Source of the DNA: an uncultured bacterium
Lineage (GTDB): Bacteria; Verrucomicrobiota; Verrucomicrobiia; Limisphaerales; UBA8199
Assembly (NCBI GenBank): GCA_963749495.1
Contig: CAVVMW010000021.1
Location: forward strand, 736,001-800,000
Direction: 5' to 3'
DNA length: 64,000 bases
Shown here: in pieces, positions 20,232 through 30,574 of the stretch
Layout of the letters: each line of letters starts with the position of its first letter
Numbering within the stretch: the first letter of the stretch is position 1
Notes under the pieces: generated by a model
The model's input: only the letters and a program-made list of their open reading frames with translations
Database searches by the model: none
Told to the model about the DNA's origin: nothing
Translations under genes and position numbers: made by a program

Positions 20232-21018
20232 TCACATGGCGGTTTCCAAGCGATGAGTGGGCTGTGGCTTGCCGGGCCTGAAGTGCTCCAGGTGTTCCAG
20301 CGTCGCCGTCATCGTCGGGAACGCCCCTTCGCTCGCCGCAACCGCAGCTCGAACCACCGTGGCCAGAAGGTCGGGCGCAGCCTCCGCACGGAGGTTGAGG
20401 ATGAGCTGGCCACGTTCCATGAGGCCGTCCAATTGCAGCGAAAGCTCCGGCACAAAATCGTTGCGGACTAAGTTCACCGCCGCAACTTCGCCCAAAAGGC
20501 TGCCATCGGGGCTTAGGGTCATCTTCAAGTGGGCAATCTCCGCCTGCTGGCCCTGCAACCGCCGCTGGACCTCATCGGCAAGCTGTTCCAAGAACTTCGC
20601 GGAATCAAATGCCCGCTTCGCCGAAATCTGCACCGTGCAGTTGAGCCAGCCGAGCAGCGCCTCGCCGTCCGCATATACCTGGTAGTCCACGTCCATCGCC
20701 TTCCCCCCAGCCTGTTCCGCGCTCGTAATCCGGGCGAACCACTCATCCAGGTTTGTGCCGCTGCGCGAGGAAACGGCCAGGATGGCCTTGCGCGGGAATT
20801 TGGCGGCGATCGCCCTGCGCAACGAATCCAGCCGCGCCTCATCGAGCAGGTCGCACTTGCTGATGACGATCAAATCGGCCTCCTCAAGCTGCTTGGTGTA
20901 AATGTAAGCGCTGCGCCAGTTTGGCGACGGCGGTGGTTTTTCCCGCACCCAGGAACCCGCCGATCATGATGTAGCGGGCCTTGCCTTTGGTGGGATTCGC
21001 GGCCGGGATTGCTTCCAT
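20232..21018 (-). pseudogene. CobW/P47K (COG0523-like) GTPase with internal deletion
   Basis: ATG 21018: MEAIPAANPTKGKARYIMIGGFLGAGKTT (Walker A), junction ~20910, then 'YIYTKQLEEADLIVISKCD..YADGEALLGWLN..EIAHLK..EHFRPGKPQPTHR'. Confidence 0.75.
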
Positions 21019-21165
21019 AGTTTCGAGATTATTCTTTCACCCGTTGCAGTTTGGGCTGGCCATTAGGCCCCGCCTGACGACGTTCGGTGTTACGCAGGAA
21101 CATGTGCGCAACTGTGCATATTATTACGGCCACGCGCAAGCCTGTTTCCGATTTTGTGTATCGGG

Positions 21166-21471
21166 CTACTGCGGCAGCTTATCGAAGCGGAAGGAGCAGC
21201 AGCCCAGTTCCAGCACATTCTGGTTGGCGGCTACTTGGTTCTTGAGACGCTGGGCCACGGTGTAAAGACGCTGCTTGCCCTGCTTTTCCATCTCCACCAG
21301 CCCGGCCTCCTTCAGTATCCGCAGGTGCTTGGACACGTTATATTGTGACAGCTCCAGCCGCTGGGAGATGTCATTGACTCCCATCTGCTCCTTCAGCAGC
21401 AGGCGGATGATGCGCAGACGGCTCAGCTCACCCAGCGCCTTCAAAGCCGCGATACAGTCGATGCCGGTCAT
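21166..21471 (-). CDS. ArsR/SmtB family transcriptional regulator
   Basis: 'LKALGELSRLRIIRLLL..MGVNDISQRLELSQYNVSKHLRILKEAGLV', C-terminal CC. Confidence 0.9.
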   Translation of the reverse strand: MTGIDCIAALKALGELSRLRIIRLLLKEQMGVNDISQRLELSQYNVSKHLRILKEAGLVEMEKQGKQRLYTVAQRLKNQVAANQNVLELGCCSFRFDKLPQ

Positions 21472-21775
21472 CCAGGGGAGGCTACCAGGGGAGTGCGCGT
21501 AATCAAGGCCGACCGTTTGGGCCGTTGACGTGCTGGCGTCCTGACAGCCTGGCCAGCAGCCCAGCACCCTTTCGGGAACTGGCCCGGCTGGATCAGCTTC
21601 CCGACCGCCGCGTCAGGAAGCCACTGGCCAATCCTCCCCGATAGCCCCGACCTGCCCCACCGGTGGGTCCAACGCGTCCACCCCCTCGAAAAGCCCAGCA
21701 CCGACAACCCCATCGCTGGGTGAGTGATTTGGACCTTGGTCTGCTGCCGACGCTCGCGTAAAGTTCTCCTGGACC

Positions 21776-21980
21776 ATGAAACCAAAATCAACTGGCCACG
21801 TCATTATCCAGCCCCGCATCCGAGTGTGGGTTGGTGACGACGTAGCATTAGGGCCTGGAAAAGTTGAACTGCTCAAGTTGGTCCAGATGACCGGCTCGAT
21901 TACAGCGGCAGCCAAGCACATGGGCATGTCATACATGCGGGCTTGGACACTGATCCAGACGATGAACCGATGCTTCAAAT
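21776..21980 (+). pseudogene. ModE-type winged-helix regulator, truncated
   Basis: 'ALGPGKVELLKLV..TGSITAAAKHMGMSYMRAWTLIQTMNRCF' then loses similarity. Confidence 0.8.
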
Positions 21981-22206
21981 GCTTCTGCTGGCCGACCCGA
22001 TACGCCTGCTAGTGGAAAGCCGCGCCGCCCGCACCCAGGCCGAAGCCGCCCGTCGTCCAGGGCGGGTATGCGCCCCTGACTCGCGGCGGATGTTCGTGTT
22101 GAGGATGGTGCGGCCGATTTTTTGTTCGGTTTTCCACTTCGGCGGCGGTTTACTGCTGAATTGAAATGACCGACAGCCGCGCATCGAGGGCGACAACTCC
22201 GACCAC

Positions 22207-22557
22207 GTGGGTATCAAGACCTATGTGATTGAAGTGCCCGAATCCGCGCTGTCCAAGGTGGGCCTGGACACCATCAAGGCCGAGGGAACCGAAAGCGCGC
22301 TCCAGCAGGTTCTCGCGGCGGAACAGATGGACGCATTATTGAAGGAGTTGAAGGGCACCGAAGGGGCGAAATTGCTCGCCCAGAGCAGCGTGCTCACAAC
22401 TGACGGTCGGCAGAGCGAGCTCCAGAATGTGGATGAGCAGGTGATCGATGGAGTCAAGCAAAGCTTGGGACCAGTCATCAACATCCTGCCAGTCATCTCC
22501 GGGGATAAGAGCACGATCAACATCACGCTCCGAGCAGGCATCAATCAGCGCCACTAA
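22207..22557 (+). pseudogene. Secretin-like C-terminal domain fragment
   Basis: 'LLKELKGTEGAKLLAQSSVLTTDGRQSE...GPVINILPVISGD..TINITL' resembles the secretin-like tails of PVC proteins; no N-terminus. Confidence 0.45.
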
Positions 22558-22967
22558 AGCCTGGTAGCCCGGCTTGGACCAGGGCTACGCGAATAGGACA
22601 GCACGGCCCCCTAAATGGCCAGCGCTTTCCGGTCTTCCGCCAACCGGGCTGGTTGAACCCGACAGCCGCGGCCAGTATGCCCTTGCGCGGGTCTGCGCGG
22701 ACGGGGTGATTTACTTGCGCAACTGGCAGCTCTTCCGGGTGGAACTCCACGGGAGCAACAATGCGCCTTTGTTTGATCCGGGCCGGAACCAGTAATGCCT
22801 CTGAGAACCTGCACTCGACCGAGGTTTGGCTTGTCCGCCACGAAAATCCTGGTGCAGCCCCGGCGCCCTGGGGTAGAGATCGTGTTGAACGACAACATGG
22901 AAGCGCGAGCCCCGGGGCTGACTCAATCTGCAGAATCGGTTCCGCACCGCGCCGGCCCGACAATGAT

Positions 22968-23498
22968 ATGAAGACATCTGCTGACCTTGAATATCAAGCT
23001 GCCTTACAGGTAGCGAGCCTGATGGCTGCCGCCGCCCGAACGGCGCCAAAGACCCGTGGCACAGACAACATTAGAGTGGTGGCAATTGACGACACGGGCA
23101 CCAAAGACAGGCTCGCCAGCAAAATGAGAGAATTGGCGCAATCGGAGAATCGCCCGACCTTCGACCGGGATGCCAACTGCGTCGCGAGTTCTTCTGCTGT
23201 GGTGGTTATTGGGGTTGAATCCAATCCGGCCGGTCTCAATTGCGGCTACTGCGGGCACGGCAACTGCGCCGAAATCGAAAAGGCCAACGGCATTTGCTCT
23301 TTCAATTCGATTGACCTCGGCATTGCCGCCAGTTCTGCCGCCAGCGTGGCCGCCGATTCGCGCGTGGATACCCGTCTGATGTTCTCGGTTGGACGAGCTG
23401 GCCTGGCCCTGGACCTCTTCGGCAGCAAGGTAAAGCTGGCCCTGGGCATTCCTCTGAGCATCACCGGCAAGAGTCCTTTTTTCGACCGAAAGGCCTGA
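22968..23498 (+). CDS. DUF2148 ferredoxin-domain protein
   Basis: 'MAAAARTAPKTRG.D', 'GLNCGYCGHGNC', 'CSFNSIDLGIA..SA', 'DTRLMFSVG', 'GIPLSITGKSPFFDR'. Confidence 0.88.
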   Translation: MKTSADLEYQAALQVASLMAAAARTAPKTRGTDNIRVVAIDDTGTKDRLASKMRELAQSENRPTFDRDANCVASSSAVVVIGVESNPAGLNCGYCGHGNCAEIEKANGICSFNSIDLGIAASSAASVAADSRVDTRLMFSVGRAGLALDLFGSKVKLALGIPLSITGKSPFFDRKA

Positions 23499-23599
23499 TG
23501 AGGAGCGGCGGCGATGCGCCAATTGGCGCATCTGGTGCTCCCGGCCCGCCGGCCTGAGCGACACCCCGGCGCAACCAGTAGGCAGCGAGTGGAAGACAC

Positions 23600-26500
23600 T
23601 CAAGATCCTCCGGAATACTCCACCACCTCGACGCGCGTCCGTTGGCCCGGGTGCAATGCGATGTTCCGAAATTCGATCCAATGATACGGCCGAACCTGGA
23701 TTCGCAGCTCTTTCAACTCGCTCGATTTAAGGCCGGGAAATCTGACGGACGTCATCACAATATGGCCCAGCATGGCCGGCAGGAACATCGCCGGCTCATC
23801 CGCCGGCTCGTGGACCCGGCCTGCGGAATCAACCGCCACCAACCGGGCTTGCGCCTCGTGACGGACCTGGCAGGCGAACCAGGCGGAGAGCGCGTCCAGC
23901 TCATCCGCGCCGCTGACGCTGAAATCCATGTCCGCACCGTGCCGCCGAATGGACTTCTTTTTCAGTGTTTTCGGATCGCCCGTCCACGCCCAGGTCGCAT
24001 CGGTGTCTTCCCACTGTTCGGCCGGAACGCCGATGCGGAGCCGAGCGGACTGGGCGTCGCTCGGAACGTGAAGGACGATTCCGTTGACGCCCTGAGCCCC
24101 GGTTTGTTGCAAAAGGGGACTCCCGCCGGGGCAGCTCCTTTCAATTCCATGACTGGTGGCAAAACACTCCCATTGGATTTGCCTGAGGCTCTCCCAATTA
24201 CGACGGCCTTCAAGACAAGCGATCAACTCACGACGGCCGCTCCCAACCGGGAGCCTGCCCGGCACCCGAGACTGTCCAGCACACCAGGGGGTGCCGTCCG
24301 GGAGCCAGCAGGTCTGGTGGGCCGCGGCGGGCTCGCAAATCCCCCGCAATTCGATGGCGCCCGCAGCGGTGCGGGCGACGAACGTTCCGGCCTGGCTCCC
24401 CTCAGGTGGCGGGCCGTGAACGTGGCCCGCGGCAAACGCGACGGTTTCCGGGCGGGTCTCTTCACCGAATCCCAGCCCTGGGACCCAGGTCGAGAGGAAG
24501 GAAATTCCGGGAACCGTCAGCAAGACCAAACCGGCGCCCCAGCACGTCCATTTGACGCACTGGAGCCGCCAGCCCGCTCGTTCGTCGGTCTCACTCCTAA
24601 GTTTGAGTTGGGCCAACAGGCCCGCGAGTGCGGCCAACAGGGCGGCCAAGGCATAATCGAGAACGCGATTTCCCCCGCCCGAGGTACTGGCGACAGGCCC
24701 AGGCAATCGGAGACCACAAGAAGCTGGCCACATAGACGGTGGATGCAATTCCCGCCACATAGCACGCCCGGGTGGTCAGTTTCGGAATCCCCGCTTGCAC
24801 GCCGCTGCGGATTCTGGTTGTCCTGGCGCGCGCCGCCCACAGGGCCAGGATTCCGGCAGCGACCGCCGCCCACGCTTGGCTCCAGAATAGCCGTTCCAGG
24901 GTCGGTTCGAACACGTCCGGGACGTAGGGTTGGAGATAATACCAGGGGTGTGCGCCAGGCCAGAAACCGCTGAATACAAACAAAAGCGGGGCGAACAGGG
25001 CGCCAAACAGGGCCCATCCAATGCCCCGGCCATTCCCCCCCTCCTGGCGCATGCTCCACAGAGCCGCCATGCCGAGCACCAAGGCAAGCCCTTGGGTCCA
25101 GAGCGGCAGCCAGCGCATGGCCTCGAGGAGCAACCCCACCATCCCGCCCTGCTGGAGAGCCTCGTAACTCCCCGCTTGGAAGACGGGCAGGCAGAGAAAT
25201 GAGACCGGCACGAGCGCCGCGCCAGCCACGGCGAGCCGGTAAGCCAGCCGCTGCTCTGCGGGGTCCTCCTGCTGCCGTCGCCGGGCCTCGGTGGCGGCAA
25301 AAGCCGTGCGCACGTCCTGGTCCCACAGAATCGCCAGCGCCAGGATGCCCACGGGAAGCGCCAGCGGCAGAATGGAAAAGTCGAAGAAGCAAAGAAAAAC
25401 AGCGACGATGGCCAGGGCCAATCCTCGGCCCCTTCTCACGCGCCAAGCCGATAAGAGCGCCAAGGTGCCCACCAGGTGGCCCATGCCATCGAGCGCCGGG
25501 ATCCCCAAGCGAGTAGGCACGTCCCACAGCGTGAAGAAAAAACGCCTGACAGGCTGAGCGATGCCCGCGGGCAAGGCATACCCCAGAACCTTCGTGAACA
25601 CCAGGACACCCCAACTGGCGAAACCCAACAGATACAAGACGGCGCTCGCCAGCCTCAACTCCCCGCCGACCGCCTGCGCTTCCGCCGGCAGTGCGAACGG
25701 CAATGGCCCTGCGTTTGCGCCTGCGGCCGCCTCCGTCTCCCGTGGCGCCGCCGTGATCGTCTCGAGCCGCGTCTTCACCTCGCTGACCTGCTGGTAACGG
25801 CGCTCGGGTGCTTTCTCGAGCGCCCGCAGCACCACTTCGTCCAGCCGAACATCGATCCGCACCTTGTGCGAAGGCGGTTCCAACCGCCGGCCAGGCAGTT
25901 CCCCGGTGAGCATCTGGTAGAACACGACCCCCAGGGCATAGATGTCCGCCCGATGGTCAACCTCGCCCGGATGCTCGACCTGCTCGGGAGCCATGTAATG
26001 AGGCGTGCCCATCACTTTGCTCGCTTCCGCCGGCGTGGGCGCACCGGCTGTGGATGCCCGGTTGCCTGCGGGTCCGACGCCGCCTCCGATAAGCTTGGCC
26101 AGCCCGAAGTCGGCAACCTTCACCCGGCCTCGCCGGTCCAGCAGGACGTTCGCCGGTTTGATGTCGCGGTGGACGATGCCCTGGTCGTGGGCATACTGCA
26201 GGGCGTCGCAGATTTGGGGCACGATGGCCAGCGCTTCGCGCGGGGAGACCCGTCCGCCAGCCAGCAGTTGGCGCAGGCTCACGCCGTCCACGAATTCCAT
26301 CAGGAAATAATACATCCCGTCAGCGCGGCCGACCTCGTAAATGGTCACGATGCCCGGATGGTTGAGCCTGGCCAGGGCTTTGGCCTCGCGGGCGAACCGC
26401 TCCGCGAACGCGGCATCCCCGCCGATGTCCGGCGGCAGGATCTTGAGGGCGACGATGCGGTCCAGCTCCTTCTGCCTGGCCTTGTAAACCGCGCCCATCC

Positions 26501-26717
26501 CGCCTCGCCCGATCAACTCCAGGATTTCAAGCTGCGGGAACCGGGCCGCCAACTCGCCGATGGCCGGCGGGGTGAATGGGTCCTGCTTGCCGCCGGTCGT
26601 CTCCGCAACGGTTCCGCTGGCCAGGGCCACCTTCATCAGGCAGGACGGACAGAGACCCCGAGGCGCATCAGCGGCCAAAGGGGCGCCGCAACTGCTGCAA
26701 AATGTTCGCGTTTCCAT
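23600..26717 (-). CDS. Membrane Ser/Thr protein kinase with multi-TM region and extracytoplasmic C-terminal domain; frameshift near 24680
   Basis: N-terminal CxxC..CxxC, 'IGRGGMGAVYKARQ', 'HRDIKPAN', 'DFGLAK', 'GTPHYMAPE'; C-terminal part in ORF 23600..24760; start ATG 26717. Confidence 0.85.
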
Positions 26718-27170
26718 AACCGTTTCTCCACACCATTCCTGAAAGAACCATGGGCGGATGTTACGGGCTTTTTTTCGATGCGGGCCGCAAAAAGGGGCCG
26801 TGCCGTCGTGGCGGTTCAACCATTCGTCAGCACTTGAAACAAATGGCGCATCTCGTCATCCACCTCGTCGGGCGAGGCGACCGTGTTGGCAATTTCGGCG
26901 CGCAGCAGCTTGCGATACCGCCGCCGCAGCCGATGCGCCGCCACCCGGGCGGCGCCTTCGGCGATGCCCAGTCTGGCCGCCATCTCACTACAGGCGATCG
27001 AGTCCCGCTCCGCCGTGAGCGCGGGTCGCATCGCCTCGAACCAGGGCGACTTCCCCTCGCGCCGGTATTCCTCCTCGAGCCGGGCCAGGACGTCCTCGAG
27101 CAATGTCAAGGCCCAACCGCGCTCGAAGAGGCTTTCGGGAGCCGGACAAAATAGTAACAATTAGGTGCCA

Positions 27171-28554
27171 TTACGCAGCTTCCTCGGCTTGAGCCGGGGG
27201 GTTGGCGACGCGAATTCGCAGGTAATCGCTTTGGTTTAAGCGATCCCAGACTTGGTTGAATTGGTTGCCATACAGAGCGCAGCGCAAATCCAGGACGTGG
27301 GTAGCTCCCTCTTCTGACCAAAGCATGCCGGAGCACTTGCAGCGTCCGCCGATAACCGTTTTGCAGCCGGCTTCGACCACCCCCGAGCCGTAGAAAAATC
27401 CCAAAGCGCGGTAGGTGGCGTAGAGCATACGGCTCTGGTTGTGCTCGAAGTATGCGATCTGCTTGCCTGCTGATTCAGCAGTCTGAGCGGCCAGTTTGCC
27501 CGTCCTTTCCCGGGTCTTGACGCAGGACTTCCTCCACGTTGTCGGCCAAGAACTGCTCGCGCCAAGTTCGCCACAGGGCCTGGGCGGCGGCAGGGTCCGG
27601 TTCGAGCAATTTCGTCAGGTCGGAGAGATGTTCCAGGGCGTGATACAAGTCCAGAATTTGGAAGGCCATCGGGAAGCACTTCGCCCCGTGGTCCCAAATC
27701 CAGGCAGCCCCGTTGCCCAGCAGCACCGACACCTGCGCTGCCGGCAGACGGCGGCGGAGGGCCTCCTGGCGTGCCCGCACCATGAAATCGGGTGCCTCTT
27801 CAAAGCCTGCCACGTAGCTGGAGGACTCAAAGTCCCGCAACGGCAATCCCTCCTCATCAAGGGTGGTTTGGGTAAACACACAAGCCAACTTGACCTCTCG
27901 GGTCTTGGCTGAGCCATCGGGTTGCTTGCCGGCACGGCCTTCCAATTCCTCGGGCCGCATGGGAACCCCGGTGCCATCGACGGCGATATACATGACGGGA
28001 ATCAGGCCCGAGTCATGCTTGAAGGGAGGCAATTGTTCTTGGACCGCCCGCACCCGCGGTCCCATTTCCTGAGCGATGCGCTGAATCTGGCGGCCTTCGA
28101 CCTGCAGCCCGCAATAGGCTTTGAGCTCGGCCGCCGCCACGTCGAAGGGATGGCGCGCGGCCGCGCGGCAAATGATCCGCAGCACCCCGGGCGAATAGCC
28201 TGCCCACAGACCCAGCGCCTGGTCCAGCGGGGCACGGCCTTGCTCCCGGCTCGCCCAATAGTAATAGTTGCGCCGTAGGGCCACTAGCCCGAAGAGGGTC
28301 AGCGGCTCCTTGGGCCGGCCGGCGTGGCACCTTTCGCCTGGGCGGCCCTGATCCTCGGGCACCGGCAGCGCCGGGTCGTTGAGCAAATCCCCCAGAATCC
28401 CACAGGCATCGCGGAAGAGCGCCTCGCGCAGGCCAATTTCCACCGCCTCGAGATCGCGCACTCCCTGCTGTTGCCACTGCCCTTGGACTAACCGGATGAA
28501 GGCGTTGGCTTCCCGGAATCGCTCCTGCCCGACTTCGGTCTGGAGTTTTTTTTT
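27171..28554 (-). CDS. ISKra4-family DDE transposase (frameshifted near 27430-27510)
   Basis: 'MYIAVDGTGVPM..GKQPDGSAKTREVKL', 'GNGAAWIW', 'ILDLYHALEHL', 'GSGVVEAGCKTVIGGRCKCSGMLWS'. Confidence 0.85.
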
Positions 28555-28875
28555 GCGTCGGGGGCGGCTTGACTCAGGCGGGTGATTTGGTCGGTGACGG
28601 TGACAAACTCCTCGGCCAGTTCGCTAAAGCGTCTGTAATTGGCGACGAGGGGTTCGATTTGGGGGGCCTGATCGGCCGGGATGCGCTCGGCGAACTTCTG
28701 CCCATGGAAGTAGGCTTGGAGCACGTAGTAAGGGCCCTGGGGGGCTTTGGAGCCAGCGCGGGGTTTCTTGAAGAATTGGCGGCTTAAGGAGCCGCGGCGC
28801 AACCGGTTCGATAGCCTTGATCTGTTCAAGGATCTGCTCGCGCCGGTCTTCGAGCTGAGAAAGCGAAGCGGTCAT
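28488..28875 (-). CDS. IS accessory ORF (DUF6788-like), frameshift near 28810
   Basis: 'LSQLEDRREQILEQIKAI' then 'RRGSLSRQFFK..GPYYVLQ..GQKFAERIP..YRRFSELAEEFV'. Confidence 0.6.
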
Positions 28876-29526
28876 GGTGCGTATTGTATCTAACTAGATA
28901 CAATATAGCAACAAAAATCAATCAGCAGGCGGGCCTGCTCAAATTTTGGTTACTTTTTTGTCGCGCACCCGAGGCTTTCCGGCGTCCCCTCTGCGGCCGG
29001 CTTCGAGCCGGTAACGGTTCTCGGCGGAAGGGTCATCGAGCGATTCCACGACCACGCGCCCGCCGCGTTTCAGTGTGTGGGCCTTGTTCCATTCATTGGC
29101 CATGAAGTGTTTCATGGCGGTGAGGAGGAACGTGCGGAACCGCCCCCGCTGCCGATCCGCCTGGGCGAGCCAGTTTCCCTCGAGCAACCGGGCGAAGAAC
29201 TCCTGCGTCAGGTCCTGGGCATCGGGCGGCGAGAAGCCGCGCCGGCGGGCGTAGGCATAGAGCGGATACCAGTAGGCCTGGCAAAGGTGTGCGAGCGCGT
29301 CGCGCGCATGGCTGGTGTCATTTCGCGCCGCCGCCAGCACCGCCGACCAACGAGTGGTGACGAACAGCCGCTCAGCCCGGCCCTCGGTCATGCCCTCGGT
29401 TTGGTCGTGCGCCATTTGCCATGGATCTTAAAGAAATTCGCGCAGGTGTTACACTCAAATTCCGAATGTCCCTCCGGGACAACGGCCCGCCTGGGCCCCG
29501 GGGCGGGTCACGCAACTCCAATCCGG

Positions 29527-29785
29527 TCAGAATCGTCCGGCCGCGCTCCTGGACTGGGGCGAGGCTGGTGCCGAATCCGGCAGGGAGGTGCCGAGCGGCT
29601 TGTCCGGCAGCGGTGCCGCACGCAGGCGATCAAGGGCGGCCGCTAGCACCGGATCGCGTTTGCCTAGGAAGTCCCACCAACGGGACGCAACCGCAACCTG
29701 CGGCTCAATCCCGCGTTCTTCCAACGGCGTGCCATCCGGCTCAGGCACCCATACAAACTTAGCGCCAGGAACCACGGCAAACTCA
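29527..29785 (-). pseudogene. S41 peptidase C-terminal fragment
   Basis: 'PDGTPLEERGIEPQVAV...RDPVLAAALDRL'. Confidence 0.55.
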
Positions 29786-29791
29786 AAGCTC

Positions 29792-30022
29792 ATGAAAGAT
29801 GAAATAATTCCTCACCGCGAGAAGAGCTGGAAAATCAAACGCGAGATTGCCGTCCATTTCAAGTGCAGCGTGCGCACCGTCACGAGCCTCATGCGCCGGC
29901 GCATCTTGCCGTTCGTCAAACAGGGGCGGTTCGTGCGTTTCGACACGGACGATTGTGATCGGGCGATGCAGCGACTTCGGAGCCCGAGCATTTTCGAGCG
30001 ATTCCCGACAGACGGACACTGA
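29792..30022 (+). CDS. Helix-turn-helix excisionase-like protein (HTH_17/MerR-like)
   Basis: 'KREIAVHFKCSVRTVTSLMRRRILPFVKQGRFVRFD'; adjacent to tRNA 3' end. Confidence 0.75.
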   Translation: MKDEIIPHREKSWKIKREIAVHFKCSVRTVTSLMRRRILPFVKQGRFVRFDTDDCDRAMQRLRSPSIFERFPTDGH

Positions 30023-30144
30023 CCGCCCTGAGATGGCCCCCTCCGGGCCACACGACATGCGGCGTGATGGAAGAGAAGAGACGGGGATCGCTCCGCCATG
30101 GCGCAGCGGTGATCGAGAAAAACGGGCCGCGAAACCCCAAATTC

Positions 30145-30208
30145 TGTAGCAAGATTGTAGCAAGATTTTCTTGAGTTTTATGGGTTTTCATGGGGTTCCA
30201 TGGGTTTT
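30145..30208. repeat. Tandem TGTAGCAAGAT x2 plus degenerate 10-mers; possible integrase arm-binding sites
   Basis: tgtagcaagat 30145-30155 and 30156-30166; ttttatgggt/tttcatgggg/ttccatgggt repeats. Confidence 0.5.
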
Positions 30209-30235
30209 GGCTCAAGTTGGGACGAAATCACGAAA

Positions 30236-30264
30236 CCCCTTGCAACTGCGTAAGTTGCAAGGGG
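30236..30264 (-). terminator. Hairpin downstream of tRNA (terminator or att-associated)
   Basis: ccccttgcaact-gcgta-agttgcaagggg, 12-bp perfect stem. Confidence 0.6.
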
Positions 30265-30269
30265 CAAAT

Positions 30270-30346
<77 letters not shown>

Positions 30347-30574
30347 ATCTGCCCTGAATCTACGGCCTTCTCAAGCCCCTGGCAAGCTCAAAATCGGGCG
30401 CTCCATCGGCTTTGTCGCCATTTCGTCGCCACCGCAGGACACAAGTGATGCCTTGTGCTATGCTTGCTTCGCCCGGGACCAAATCGAGCACTGAATGTCC
30501 GTCAGACCCCGGGCGTAAAAACGACAGAAACAGAGATTGACCCGTTCCGCGAGAATCATTAACGCACCGACGCC

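Larger units (their letters stand above)
27137..28970 (-). mobile_element. ISKra4-family (IS256-like) insertion sequence, 1834 bp
   Basis: 22-bp imperfect TIRs gggagccggacaaaatagtaac / gttacttttttgtcgcgcaccc; 9-bp target duplication GAGGCTTTC (27128-27136, 28971-28979). Confidence 0.9.
26816..29415 (-). pseudogene. ECF sigma factor (kinase-associated type) interrupted by an IS
   Basis: N-half 28980-29415 'FVTTRWSAVLAA..YWYPLYAYARRRG..DAQDLTQEFFARLL', C-half 26816-27136 'ESLFERGWALTLL..VAAHRLRRRYR..EIANTV..EVDDEMRHLF'. Confidence 0.88.
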
